Below are positions 1 to 9,903 of a stretch of DNA of 59,427 nt, piece after piece. Made by a program: the position numbers and the translations under genes. This DNA is from a virus. Its lineage: Duplodnaviria; Caudoviricetes. The stretch is from positions 1 to 59,427 of IMG/VR virus record IMGVR_UViG_3300027985_000562; one strand, 5' to 3'. Under the pieces are notes generated by a model, which worked only from the letters and a program-made list of their open reading frames with translations, was not told the origin of the DNA and did not search any database. Position 1 is the stretch's first letter. Each line of letters begins with the position of its first letter.

Positions 1-144
1 GGCACAGTATGAATCATTCTCACTGGCAAACATGGTGCCGCAACTGCATAGCAATAATGCGGGCGTCTGGAGTCAGATCGAGCGCGCCGTGAGGTCCAGT
101 GCCATGCAATACGGCGATGTCTACGCTGTTACTGGGGCGATCTA
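1..144. repeat. Terminal direct repeat (identical to 59284-59427); circular-assembly overlap
   Basis: The first 144 nt (ggcacagtatgaatc...ggggcgatcta) recur exactly at the window end, and the nuclease ORF reads in frame across the join. Confidence 0.97.
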
Positions 145-340
145 CGGACCGACACCGGCCATGTTAAATCATCATATCCCGGTCCCGGTATCGATGTTCA
201 AAGCCATCTACATTCCGGCCACCCAGCAGGATACAGTTTACATCTCGGACAATGACGACAGTGGCACATACCGCACCGCCAAGGTAGCAGAACTGCAGGC
301 ATTGGCTGGGTTTAACGTCTTTCCATCATTAGTCAAATGA
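1..340 (+). CDS. C-terminal part of the origin-spanning DNA/RNA non-specific endonuclease
   Basis: NMVPQ...NNAGVWSQIE...VYAVTGAIY...IPVPVSMFKAIY is typical of the NucA family; its stop overlaps the terL start (ATGA at 337-340). Confidence 0.9.
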   Translation, partial: AQYESFSLANMVPQLHSNNAGVWSQIERAVRSSAMQYGDVYAVTGAIYGPTPAMLNHHIPVPVSMFKAIYIPATQQDTVYISDNDDSGTYRTAKVAELQALAGFNVFPSLVK

Positions 341-2001
341 ACGAACTAGCACCTGAGAGCAGGGACTATATCCGCGCGCACCTGTCTGATAAATGGTGGC
401 GGATGAGTCACCTGTATAAAATCGAGAACGAACAGGGTGAGTTAGTTACATTTAAGTTGCGGCCCGCGCAAGAATACCTGTTTAAAAATATGTGGTGGCT
501 GAACAACATCCTGAAAGCGCGCCAGTTGGGATTTAGTACCGCGATTGATATCTGGTTGCTGGATGAAGCGCTGTTCAACAAGAACCTCAAGTGCGGCATT
601 ATCGCGCAGGACCAGAAAGCCGCCGGGGAAATCTTTCGTACCAAAATTGAGGTGCCATTCGATAACCTGCCGGATTGGTTACGGGCCGCCTTCCCACTGA
701 AATCACGCCGGGGCGGCACACAGGGCGGGTTTATGCTGTTTCGTAACGGCTCCAGTATCCAGGTTGCCACATCATTCCGCTCCGGGACCGTGCAACGGCT
801 GCATATCTCCGAACATGGCAAGATCTGTGCGAAGTACCCGGACAAAGCAAGAGAAGTGAGAACCGGGACGCTCAACACCATTCATGATCGGTGTATGGCT
901 TTTATTGAGTCTACTGCGGAAGGTGTCGGTGGCGACTACTACGATATGACCATGCGCGCACTCCATCTGAGTCAGACCCATAGCAAGTTATCCCGGCTCG
1001 ATTGGAAGTTTCATTTTTTCGCATGGTGGCAAGATCCAAAGTACCGGATGAAGGTGCCGGATTCTGGTTTGTATCTGAATAAGGAACAACGCCAATACTT
1101 TGAAGATGTTGAAAAGGCGATGAATACCACACTGGATGACGAACAGCGTCAGTGGTACATCATCAAAGAGATCGAGCAAAAGGACGAGATGAAGCAAGAG
1201 TTTCCGTCCACACCGCTTGAAGCCTTCCTTACGTCTGGGCGTAGAGTCTTTAAACCAGCTTATACCATGGCGGCTGAGGGTGAATGCGTACCACCATTGC
1301 TGGTCTATGACGTGGACCCGCAAACCGGCAAGCGCCACAAGGCACCATTACCAAGCGAACTGGACGAACAGGGATGTCAGTCACTGTTAAACATGCTGTT
1401 AGTCTGGGAACTTCCCGATCCGGAGGAAGACTACGCGATCGGGGCGGATGTGGCGGAAGGGTTAGAGCATGGGGACCGCTCCAGTCTCGATGTGGTGAAG
1501 CGAAGTACCGGCGAACAGGTAGCACACTGGTACGGTCATTTGGATGCTGATCGGTTTGCTCAACTGTTGGCACATGTTGGTAAGTGGTACGGCACCGCCA
1601 TGATCGGACCGGAACGCAACAATCACGGTCATGCCGTGTTACTGAAGCTGCGCGAAATCTACCCGGTCCGTCGCATTTATGCAGAGGAATACATTGACCG
1701 GGACGCCGACGACGAAACACCACGGCTCGGATGGCTCACTACCCGACAATCCAAACCGATCCTATCCGAAGGATTGAAAACATTGCTCTATGAACGTTGC
1801 TCAGGTATCCGCTGGATCGGCACGGTCACGGAAGCAACAACCTATGTCTATGATTCCAAAGGCTCAATGAACGCGCAGGCTGGTTGTTACGATGACCAGT
1901 TGATGAGTTACATGATCGCCCAAGAAATGCGCGCCAGGATGCCGATCACAATTCGCACCAAAGAACCTGAACGCAAACAAAAACACTGGATGACACACTA
2001 A
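337..2001 (+). CDS. terL: Terminase large subunit
   Basis: Walker A-like LKARQLGFST, Walker B-like LHISE, ESTAEG coupling motif, RNase H-like nuclease motifs IGADVAEG and YDDQLMS; lies upstream of the portal. Confidence 0.95.
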   Translation: MNELAPESRDYIRAHLSDKWWRMSHLYKIENEQGELVTFKLRPAQEYLFKNMWWLNNILKARQLGFSTAIDIWLLDEALFNKNLKCGIIAQDQKAAGEIFRTKIEVPFDNLPDWLRAAFPLKSRRGGTQGGFMLFRNGSSIQVATSFRSGTVQRLHISEHGKICAKYPDKAREVRTGTLNTIHDRCMAFIESTAEGVGGDYYDMTMRALHLSQTHSKLSRLDWKFHFFAWWQDPKYRMKVPDSGLYLNKEQRQYFEDVEKAMNTTLDDEQRQWYIIKEIEQKDEMKQEFPSTPLEAFLTSGRRVFKPAYTMAAEGECVPPLLVYDVDPQTGKRHKAPLPSELDEQGCQSLLNMLLVWELPDPEEDYAIGADVAEGLEHGDRSSLDVVKRSTGEQVAHWYGHLDADRFAQLLAHVGKWYGTAMIGPERNNHGHAVLLKLREIYPVRRIYAEEYIDRDADDETPRLGWLTTRQSKPILSEGLKTLLYERCSGIRWIGTVTEATTYVYDSKGSMNAQAGCYDDQLMSYMIAQEMRARMPITIRTKEPERKQKHWMTH

Positions 2002-2002
2002 T

Positions 2003-4153
2003 ATGCCTAGAGTCTATAAGCCTAAATTGTTTGCGGGTGAGTCCGCAAAAAGCAGTAAAGGTCAGCTATCCAGTCTCGATCTGGCAGCGCTGATGGATGA
2101 TATCAACCAACAACCTGACTGGCGCACGCTGGCACGCAAAGCGATGGCGTACTATGACGACGATCAACTGAGTCCGGAAGTGAAGCAGGTACTGACCGAT
2201 CGCGGACAACCGATCACTACACACAATCTGATCAAACCAACGATCAACGCCGTTTTGGGGATGGAAGCTAAAACCCGCACGGACCTGATGGTAGTAGCGG
2301 ATGATCCGGATGATGAGTATGACGAGTTAGCGGAAGCGCTGAATGCCGAATTCAAAGACGTTTGCCGCATGGCGAGAATTGACCGCGCCCGTCAGAATGC
2401 CTACAAACAGCAGATCGGTCCGGGTCTAGGCTGGGTGGAAGTGGTCAAGAACAGCGACGCGTTTGGTCCACGGTATAAGATCCTGGCTATCCATCGGGAT
2501 GAGGTTTACTGGGACTGGATGAGTCGGGAGGATGATTTATCTGATGCACGCTGGCTGATGCGCAAACGCTGGCTGGATGTGGATGAGGCTAAGGTAATTG
2601 TCCCGGGATTTGAGCAGATCATTGATTACGCCGTCAAAGACTGGCAGGGGTTTGTAGATACCTTCCCGGCAGATGGTGTGGATAGTGACTTGGTGAGCGC
2701 CTTCAATGATTACAAGGGATTTACCCGTAGTCAGATGGAGTGGATCAGTAGTGACCGCAAACGCATTATGCTGCAGGTTATCTACTATCGCGTTTATAAA
2801 AGAGTACCGATCCTGCAGTTGGAAAGTGGCCGTTGTGTCGTCTTTGACCGCAATAACCTGATGCACACTACCTTGTTAGGGATGGGGAAAGCGGTACTGG
2901 ATAATAGATTGATTCAGGAGATCCGGGAAGCGTGGTTTATTGGTCCGCACCGCGTCGGTGATCGCCCTTGTCAGGCACCGTACGGCATGTTTCCACTGGT
3001 TCCATTCTGGGGTTATCGCAAGGATTCCACCGGTGAGCCATATGGTTTGATTGCCAGTGCCATCCCGGCACAGGATGAAGTCAACTTCCGCCGCATTAAA
3101 TTGACGTTCTTACTGCAAGCCAAGCGCGTCATTATGGACAAGGATGCGACTGATATGGGCCGTGAGCGCGTGATGGAAGAGGTGGAACGCCCAGACGGCT
3201 TGATTGAACTGAACCCGGAGCGTAAGAACCAAAAAACGATCAGTGAAGCCTTCCGTATTGAGCAGGACTTTGCGGTAGCACAACAGCAATTCACGGTGAT
3301 GCAGGATTCCATGAAGCTGATCCAGGATACGATCGGTGTATTCAGCGCGTACCTTGGCAAGGAAACCACCGGGCAGAGTGGGGTAGCTATCGCGTCACTG
3401 GTGGAGCAAGGCTCAACCACACTGGCGGAAATCAATGATAACTATGGCTTTGCCTGCGAACAGTTAGGTCAGTTGATACTGGGTTATCTCATTAACGATC
3501 TGGCGAAGAAACGCAACTACAACATTACCATTAACAAGGAAGATCCGCGCCGCCGCAAGAAGGTCCAGATCAACGTCGTGCAGGAAGACGGCACGCTTTC
3601 CAATGATATCACCCAACTGAGCGCACATATCGCACTCGCACCAATTCAGACCACCACCATCTATAAACAACAACTGGTAGAACGACTGACCGCCATTACC
3701 GCTGCCATGCCGCCAGAAATTCAGGTAGCCACACTGGATCTGGTTGCTGAAATGATGGACATCCCGCGCAAACATGAGTTTATGGAGCGGATCCGCAACG
3801 TCATGAACGTCCCGAAAGCGCCGGATGAGATGTCACCGGAAGAGCAGCAACAGGCCCAGCAGGAACAGCAACTACAGCAGCAACAACAGGAAATGCAGAT
3901 GCGCCAACTGATGGCACAACTCGCCAAGATGGAAGCGGAAGCCCGTCAGCAGCAGGCCAAAGCAGAGCAGATCCTGCAGCAAATCAATAGCTCTAAGTTT
4001 GCGGATGCCAAGACACAGGCGGAGACCGGCAAGGTATTACAGGAAATGCAGACCATCTCAACCGAGAATGAACGGCTGAAGCTGCAACTGGCGCAGGTGA
4101 ATCAGGAGCTAATGAGTAACATTCAGGCGCAAATTGATGCGATACAACTATAA
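2003..4153 (+). CDS. Portal protein (P22/933W-like, C-terminal Gln-rich coiled-coil barrel)
   Basis: 716 aa directly after terL; YYDDDQL...HNLIKPTINAVLG N-terminus, FPLVPFWGYR...PYGLI motif and a long Q-rich tail. Confidence 0.9.
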   Translation: MPRVYKPKLFAGESAKSSKGQLSSLDLAALMDDINQQPDWRTLARKAMAYYDDDQLSPEVKQVLTDRGQPITTHNLIKPTINAVLGMEAKTRTDLMVVADDPDDEYDELAEALNAEFKDVCRMARIDRARQNAYKQQIGPGLGWVEVVKNSDAFGPRYKILAIHRDEVYWDWMSREDDLSDARWLMRKRWLDVDEAKVIVPGFEQIIDYAVKDWQGFVDTFPADGVDSDLVSAFNDYKGFTRSQMEWISSDRKRIMLQVIYYRVYKRVPILQLESGRCVVFDRNNLMHTTLLGMGKAVLDNRLIQEIREAWFIGPHRVGDRPCQAPYGMFPLVPFWGYRKDSTGEPYGLIASAIPAQDEVNFRRIKLTFLLQAKRVIMDKDATDMGRERVMEEVERPDGLIELNPERKNQKTISEAFRIEQDFAVAQQQFTVMQDSMKLIQDTIGVFSAYLGKETTGQSGVAIASLVEQGSTTLAEINDNYGFACEQLGQLILGYLINDLAKKRNYNITINKEDPRRRKKVQINVVQEDGTLSNDITQLSAHIALAPIQTTTIYKQQLVERLTAITAAMPPEIQVATLDLVAEMMDIPRKHEFMERIRNVMNVPKAPDEMSPEEQQQAQQEQQLQQQQQEMQMRQLMAQLAKMEAEARQQQAKAEQILQQINSSKFADAKTQAETGKVLQEMQTISTENERLKLQLAQVNQELMSNIQAQIDAIQL

Positions 4154-4211
4154 ATTGTTATATACCAGTTTCACCTTGTAACAAGATTGTTTACGATCTA
4201 CCCATAATAAC

Positions 4212-4237
4212 GCCATTCCGTCAGGAGTGGCTTTTTT
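4212..4237 (+). terminator. Rho-independent terminator
   Basis: gccattcc-gtca-ggagtggc followed by T6. Confidence 0.75.
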
Positions 4238-4255
4238 GTTTCTGGAGTATTGGAA

Positions 4256-4759
4256 ATGCCTGAACTATATATCGGCACCAAATTGATCCATGCCGTCCAG
4301 ATGGACCGACAACGCTATAACGACTTTCGTGGCTGGAAAGTACCGATAGATGAGAACCCAGCAGATGAAGGATATCTGGTTGAGTACACAGATGGCGGCA
4401 AAGCAAACACGGCGCAGTATGCTGGCTATGTCAGTTGGTCACCAAAAGAACAGTTTGAGAATGCCTATCGCAAAGCATCCGGTATGCCTCTAGGTTTGGC
4501 TATCGAAGCGATGAAGATGGGTAAGAAAGTAGCGCGGGCGGGCTGGAACGGGAAGGGGATGTGGTTGAGTTACTTGGACCCATACATGAATCACCAGTTC
4601 GATCTTCATGAGAAGGATGGGGCGGAAGGAACGTACTCGCCATATATCGGCATGAAGACGGCAGACAACCAATATGTTCCTTGGGTATGCAGTCAAACTG
4701 ATTTACTGGCTGATGATTGGTACATCGTAGAGCAATGGAGTTCGCCATGGAACTACTGA
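4256..4759 (+). CDS. Two-domain protein: N-terminal 'YIGTK...SWSPK' domain fused to a C-terminal DUF2829/Tad2-like (Thoeris anti-defence sponge) domain
   Basis: C-half LGLAIEAMKMGKKVARAGWNGKGMWL...YIGMKTADNQYVPWVCSQTDLLADDW matches the DUF2829/Tad2 signature (RxGWNGKxM...KTAD...W..SQTD.LA.DW). GGAG at 4244 favours the ATG at 4256. Confidence 0.85.
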   Translation: MPELYIGTKLIHAVQMDRQRYNDFRGWKVPIDENPADEGYLVEYTDGGKANTAQYAGYVSWSPKEQFENAYRKASGMPLGLAIEAMKMGKKVARAGWNGKGMWLSYLDPYMNHQFDLHEKDGAEGTYSPYIGMKTADNQYVPWVCSQTDLLADDWYIVEQWSSPWNY

Positions 4760-5004
4760 AAAGCATTGGCAATCGCCTGTTCATTATTCTACTGGCATTA
4801 GACCAGTTGGTGTGTGGCGTGATCTGGTTACGTCCGGACCACACGATTAGTGGTGAGATCGGGTTCGCCGCCATGAGTGGTAAACATTGGGGACTGGTAG
4901 CAGAGCGTATTGTGGATGGGATGCCATGGTTCGGCGCGGGACATTGCCGCAATGCGATTGAATGGGACGAGATCCTTAAACCACCTTACAAGTTCTGGGA
5001 ATAG
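4735..5004 (+). CDS. Conserved phage hypothetical protein (ALDQ...PDHTIS...GHC motif)
   Basis: Overlaps the preceding gene; the motif is common in phage structural regions; start uncertain (4735 or 4747). Confidence 0.6.
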   Translation: MEFAMELLKSIGNRLFIILLALDQLVCGVIWLRPDHTISGEIGFAAMSGKHWGLVAERIVDGMPWFGAGHCRNAIEWDEILKPPYKFWE

Positions 5005-5006
5005 TC

Positions 5007-5276
5007 ATGACTGATAAAATTGTGCCTATCAACGTCGGCAAACCAAAAGCAGATCCAAAACATGACGTGAATCAGGAGGTGATTGACGCGCTGGAAATGA
5101 CATTGAGTGAAGCCAAGAAAGGCAATGTGCATAGTGTTGCCATTGCAGGACTCCGTTATGACGGCACAACTATCATGGCTGGCCGACTCTCCCCAGTAGC
5201 CAACGCTTTCGAGATGATTGGCGCGATCGAGATGATGAAGATCGATATGGCAACTGCAGTCTTGGAGCAAATATGA
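5007..5276 (+). CDS. Hypothetical protein
   Basis: Tightly packed co-directional ORF. Confidence 0.65.
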   Translation: MTDKIVPINVGKPKADPKHDVNQEVIDALEMTLSEAKKGNVHSVAIAGLRYDGTTIMAGRLSPVANAFEMIGAIEMMKIDMATAVLEQI

Positions 5277-5596
5277 AAGAGATCCTTACTCAGGGCGCAT
5301 TCTCTGTGTATCACTACACTCTGTTTGATGCCGTCACAGATAATACCGGTATCTCGCTAATGGAAACCGTTTCACCACAACTGCCATACCGCACCTTTTA
5401 CGCCGCGCTCACAACTGGCACAACCGCGACCGTCGAGATCCAAGTTTCCGGTGATGGCGAAAACTTCATGACATTAGCCATATTAAATCCGCTTGCCGAT
5501 GAACCGGATGGTTTTGCTGATCTCTGTCCGTGGCCGTATGTCAGGGCTGAGATCTTCAGTAATAACGGGACATTATCAGTCACCATGGGGTGCTAG
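5273..5596 (+). CDS. Small beta-sandwich virion-associated protein (putative head spike/decoration base)
   Basis: ATVEIQVSGDGENFMTL...PWPYVRAE pattern; ATGA overlap with the upstream gene. Confidence 0.55.
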   Translation: MKEILTQGAFSVYHYTLFDAVTDNTGISLMETVSPQLPYRTFYAALTTGTTATVEIQVSGDGENFMTLAILNPLADEPDGFADLCPWPYVRAEIFSNNGTLSVTMGC

Positions 5597-5597
5597 G

Positions 5598-5978
5598 ATG
5601 AAGGTCAAAAATAAACTCAAACCACCGACTGGGCCGCGAATTCCTGACACGGTTACAATTCCGAATGAAGCCAGTGTAAGCGCCACTTATGATTTGGGTG
5701 ATTTCTGCCTGGTTGGTTTTATCATGCCGAGCGCATGGGACACGGCGCAACTGAATATTGAGGTCTCGCATAATAGCGTCAACTGGGCGAATACCTACGA
5801 TAAAGACTCAGCGCTGGTCGGCAATCTGGCAACGCCGGTAGCCAATATCCCATATTCCGTGGATATGCTGGCGCTGTTACCGTGGCGTTATATCCGCTTC
5901 CGTAGTGGCACCTCTGCGGCACCTGTCAATCAGGGCGCAGAACGCACCTTTACGATCATTAAGCGGGAACTGGCATGA
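5598..5978 (+). CDS. Small beta-sandwich virion-associated protein (putative head spike/decoration base)
   Basis: VTIPNEASVS..DLGDFCLVGFIMPSAWDTAQLNIEVS...PWRYIRFRSGT; probable start ATG 5598; coupled to the next gene. Confidence 0.55.
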   Translation: MKVKNKLKPPTGPRIPDTVTIPNEASVSATYDLGDFCLVGFIMPSAWDTAQLNIEVSHNSVNWANTYDKDSALVGNLATPVANIPYSVDMLALLPWRYIRFRSGTSAAPVNQGAERTFTIIKRELA

Positions 5979-8900
5979 GTGTCGTTCTGTTTGCCGGTCA
6001 GGATCGGGTAGCAGGTACACCGAGCGTACCGCCAGATCCGGTCCCTGAACCACAGTCTGATCCAACCGTCGCCACGGTGACGCTGGCGCTGGATACTGTG
6101 ACTGAAGGCAACGATCTGGTTTACGCAGTTACTCTATCCGCCGCAACCTATCAGGATGTGGTGTATGACTTTAGCTTTAGTGGCACAGCATCGGCAGGAA
6201 CCGACTACAACACAAGTCCAACCTTTACGCAAAATGTCGTCAACAATGGAGATAACACGATCACGGTGCCTACTGGCGTCAGTAGTTTCACCATCACAGT
6301 ATCTACCATTGATGATCTCAGTCTGGACGCAACCAGCGACGAAACGCTGATCCTGACCGTGGATAGTATCAGTGCTACCGGCCACATTCTTGATAACGAC
6401 ATCCCCAGTGTGACCAGTGTCTACCTGACCACACCGACAGTGAGTGAAGGGAATAACCTTGTTTACTCGGTTACATTGTCTACGACAACGAACCAAGATA
6501 CCGAGTACAGCGTGAGTTTACTGGGTGGAACGGCATTGGCTGATGTTGATTTTAACGCGACGCCAACGTTCAGTGACGCGGTTGTTCTGAATGGCGATAA
6601 CACAATTACCGTACCAATGGGCGTCAGTAGTTTTACCGCGACCATAGCGACCATTACCGATGGCGTAGTTGATGCGGCTTATGATGAAACCGTCATCCTG
6701 ACGGTGGGCGGACAAAGTGCCGCCGGTCATATCCTGGATGTTGATGTGCCAACAGTATCCAGTGTGGTTGTTGCGCCAGATACAGTGACCGAAGGCGGTG
6801 ATCTTGTGTTCACCGTGACGTTATCAGCAACCACCAATCAAACAACCGCATTCAGCTTCAACTGGGGTGGCGGCACAGCGACGGAAGGTGACGACTACAA
6901 CAGTACGCTGGTGTTCAGCAATGGTGTCGTGCAAAACGGGGCGCAATTAACGGTGTCTAGTGGCGTCAGTAGTTTTACGGTGACGGTCACTACTATTAAT
7001 GATGCGCTGGTGGATGCCGCCTACAGCGAAACCTTACCAATGACCGTTGGTGGTATCACGGCAACCGGCCACATTCTGGATGATGATGTGCCAACCATCA
7101 GCGACATCTCACTGGTCACAGCCAGTGTACCGGAAGGCGCGGATCTGGTTTATACCGTCACGTTATCAGCAACGACAACCAGCGCACTAGATTACGATTA
7201 CAGTCTGGGTGGAGGTACAGCGGCGGCAGGTACGGACTATAACGCAACGCCCGCCTTTAGCAATGGCGTGACACAGGCTGGCGCGCTGATCACGGTCCCC
7301 AGTGGTATCAGTAGTTTCACTGTGACAGTGACAACACTGGCCGATGGCACGGTAGAGACCAACTTTGAAGAAACGCTACCTCTGACCATTGGGGGTGTCA
7401 CCGATACTGGCTACATTCAGGATGCTGATTTGCCAACCGTGACCGACGTAAGTCTGGTTAGTGATCCGATCACTGAAGGTGATGATCTGGTTTATACCGT
7501 CACGCTGTCCGCAACCACCAATCAGACGACTGGATTTACTTACAGTCTTGGTGGCGGTACAGCAGTTGAAGATCTCGATTACAGTTTACCGGCTACATTC
7601 AGCAATGGCGTGACGCTCAATGGCGACGTTTCGGTTCCGGCTGGTGTGTCCAGTTTTACCGTCACCATCAGCACGATTTACGATCCGGTTGTTGATACCG
7701 TGTATGAAGTGACCTTACCACTGACGGTGGGCGGGGTCAGTGCGACCGCGCATATTCACGATGCGGACTTACCAACCATCAACACGGTTTCCCTGTCTCC
7801 TGATACTGTGACGGAAGGTGATAACCTTTATTATACCGTCAGTCTGTCTGCTACAACCAATCAGAATACTGACTTTAGTTTTGCGATCAGCGGGACCGCG
7901 ACTAGCGGCACTGACTACAACGCCACACCAGTCTTTTCCAATGGCGTCACCTTGGATGCCGGTACGATCACCGTGCCATCTGGCGTCAGTAGCTTTACCG
8001 TCACCATTACGACACTGGCAGATAGTATTGTTGATGATGCCTTTTATGAAACCGTGATCGTCACGATTGGTGGCATCTCCGGTACAGGCCATATCGAAGA
8101 TAGTGATTCTCCGACGGTCAACAGTATTACCTTATCACCGGATACCGTCACGGAAGGTGGCAATCTGGTTTATACGGTCCTGCTTTCCACCACAACCAAT
8201 ACAGCGACTGACTTCAGTTATAGCCTAGGGGGCGGTACGGCGACGGCAGATGTTGACTACAACAGCACGCCCAGTTTCAGTAATGGTGTCACGCTGGTTA
8301 CAAACACAATTACTGTGCCGTCAGGTGTACTGTCCTTCACGGTGACCGTGGCTACGATTGACGATCAGGATGTGGATTCAGCCAGCGACGAAACACTGCC
8401 ACTGACGATTGGTGGCGTGACCGGGACCGGACATATTCTCGATAATGATACCGGTGGCGGGACAACCGTAGACGATATTCTCTACGATGTGAATACCACT
8501 TTCTATGACCCGTTTGATCTGAGTTTGATGTATCAGGATTACAGCGGTACAACGCCGGTTACAAGCGTCGAGCAACCGGTAGGGCTGATTGAAGACAAGG
8601 CGGGCAATGGTGAAGATGGCTATCAACCAGCCTCAAATTGTCGGCCTTATTTATCGGCACGGTACAACTGGTTGGTTAATACCGCCACAATTGAATCCTC
8701 AAGTTGGGTAAAAAGTTCATCCGGTTCAGCTTCTAAACCGGTTGTGACCGATAACTACGCGACCGATCCAGATGGCGGCAACACCGCCGCAAGGGTTGTG
8801 CTTAGTCTGCCATCATCTGAAACAGACAAGTGCGCAATTTACCAGACGACTACGCAAACCTATGGTATTGGCGAGGATTTTATTGATTCAGTCTGGTTAC

Positions 8901-9781
8901 GGGCAACTGATGCTTCACAGGTTGGTAAAAAGGTTAATGTGCTCTGTTACAATACAACCAATGCGACATACGGTATTTGTTATACGTTTACGCTCTCTTT
9001 GACGTGGACACAATTCTTTGCACCGCAAGCCTTCCTGTATGCCTCTTCGACACAAGAGTTGCATATTGGCAAGGTGCGCAATAATGGCCTGGGGCAGAAC
9101 TCAACCTCTGGTGTACCACTAGCGGAAGCCGCGACAGATTTCCTGATGTGGCATCCATCCAAAACCAATGGTACGACACACATTCCCTATCAAGTTGTGG
9201 TTTCTTCAACCAACTATGACGCCGATCCTGCTCTGTTTCCTAAATATCTTCGCTTCGATGGCATTGATGATTTCTTGTATATCGGGGCAAGCGGTTATCT
9301 CGGCCTGTATGCCAATGGCAGCGCCAGTATCATTATGGGCCGCGATGAGCGGGTGCAGTCAGGTAAACACTTGATTGTATCCGAACGTAGCGATACTGAT
9401 AGCGATACCAAGTACGAAATCATGCGTGATCAAGATGATGTGCATGATAGTTATCTCGCCAACGACGCGGCGACCGTCATTGTTGATACCGGCGGATTTG
9501 CGAACAGTTATCCAAGTACGCAAGTGCATAGCTTGATTGATACCGGCTCTAACATTAAACAATATCAGGATGGTGTTTTAAAAACCAATGATGATTATAC
9601 CCGCTCCGGCGCACTGACGCCGACTAATACCACCCTTGGCGCATCCGTACTATCTGGTACGGGTTACAGCTTCAGTAAAGCGCATATCTATCAGGTGGTC
9701 ATTACGAAATCACCACTCTCCGATGCTGACCGCAGTCTGGTTGAAACATGGATGAGTGGATTAATTGATATGAGTGCGTGA
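5975..9781 (+). CDS. Large repeat protein: seven Calx-beta/Ig-like adhesin repeats plus a C-terminal lectin/LamG-like region (putative head fiber)
   Basis: Seven ~114-aa repeats (PTV..V.EG..LVY.VTLS.TT...GTA...DY...F.NGV...TVP.GVSSFT.T..T..D...ET..LT.GG....GHI.D.D); the C-terminus has YLRFDGIDDFL and a beta-rich sandwich. Confidence 0.8.
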   Translation: MSVVLFAGQDRVAGTPSVPPDPVPEPQSDPTVATVTLALDTVTEGNDLVYAVTLSAATYQDVVYDFSFSGTASAGTDYNTSPTFTQNVVNNGDNTITVPTGVSSFTITVSTIDDLSLDATSDETLILTVDSISATGHILDNDIPSVTSVYLTTPTVSEGNNLVYSVTLSTTTNQDTEYSVSLLGGTALADVDFNATPTFSDAVVLNGDNTITVPMGVSSFTATIATITDGVVDAAYDETVILTVGGQSAAGHILDVDVPTVSSVVVAPDTVTEGGDLVFTVTLSATTNQTTAFSFNWGGGTATEGDDYNSTLVFSNGVVQNGAQLTVSSGVSSFTVTVTTINDALVDAAYSETLPMTVGGITATGHILDDDVPTISDISLVTASVPEGADLVYTVTLSATTTSALDYDYSLGGGTAAAGTDYNATPAFSNGVTQAGALITVPSGISSFTVTVTTLADGTVETNFEETLPLTIGGVTDTGYIQDADLPTVTDVSLVSDPITEGDDLVYTVTLSATTNQTTGFTYSLGGGTAVEDLDYSLPATFSNGVTLNGDVSVPAGVSSFTVTISTIYDPVVDTVYEVTLPLTVGGVSATAHIHDADLPTINTVSLSPDTVTEGDNLYYTVSLSATTNQNTDFSFAISGTATSGTDYNATPVFSNGVTLDAGTITVPSGVSSFTVTITTLADSIVDDAFYETVIVTIGGISGTGHIEDSDSPTVNSITLSPDTVTEGGNLVYTVLLSTTTNTATDFSYSLGGGTATADVDYNSTPSFSNGVTLVTNTITVPSGVLSFTVTVATIDDQDVDSASDETLPLTIGGVTGTGHILDNDTGGGTTVDDILYDVNTTFYDPFDLSLMYQDYSGTTPVTSVEQPVGLIEDKAGNGEDGYQPASNCRPYLSARYNWLVNTATIESSSWVKSSSGSASKPVVTDNYATDPDGGNTAARVVLSLPSSETDKCAIYQTTTQTYGIGEDFIDSVWLRATDASQVGKKVNVLCYNTTNATYGICYTFTLSLTWTQFFAPQAFLYASSTQELHIGKVRNNGLGQNSTSGVPLAEAATDFLMWHPSKTNGTTHIPYQVVVSSTNYDADPALFPKYLRFDGIDDFLYIGASGYLGLYANGSASIIMGRDERVQSGKHLIVSERSDTDSDTKYEIMRDQDDVHDSYLANDAATVIVDTGGFANSYPSTQVHSLIDTGSNIKQYQDGVLKTNDDYTRSGALTPTNTTLGASVLSGTGYSFSKAHIYQVVITKSPLSDADRSLVETWMSGLIDMSA
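6062..8449 (+). repeat. Seven tandem ~340-bp coding repeats (Calx-beta/Ig-like)
   Basis: Recurring DNA such as ggcgtcagtagttt and gtttataccgtcac, matching the protein-level repeats. Confidence 0.85.
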
Positions 9782-9797
9782 TTGATATCTCGATTTG

Positions 9798-9819
9798 ACC
9801 CGCTTCGGCGGGTTTTTTT
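9798..9819 (+). terminator. Rho-independent terminator
   Basis: gacccgc-ttcg-gcgggtt followed by a T-run. Confidence 0.85.
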
Positions 9820-9903
9820 ATACCTGCAATCTAGCCGATAAGCGCATTCCATCGAGTGTGTTTATCCGCTAGGGCGCGATACACCCAACATGAGGACATA
9901 ACA

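Noticed and set aside
1-144. 144-bp terminal repeat as a biological direct terminal repeat
   Set aside because: It falls in the middle of an intact ORF and is best explained as circular-assembly overlap; the virion genes suggest headful packaging.
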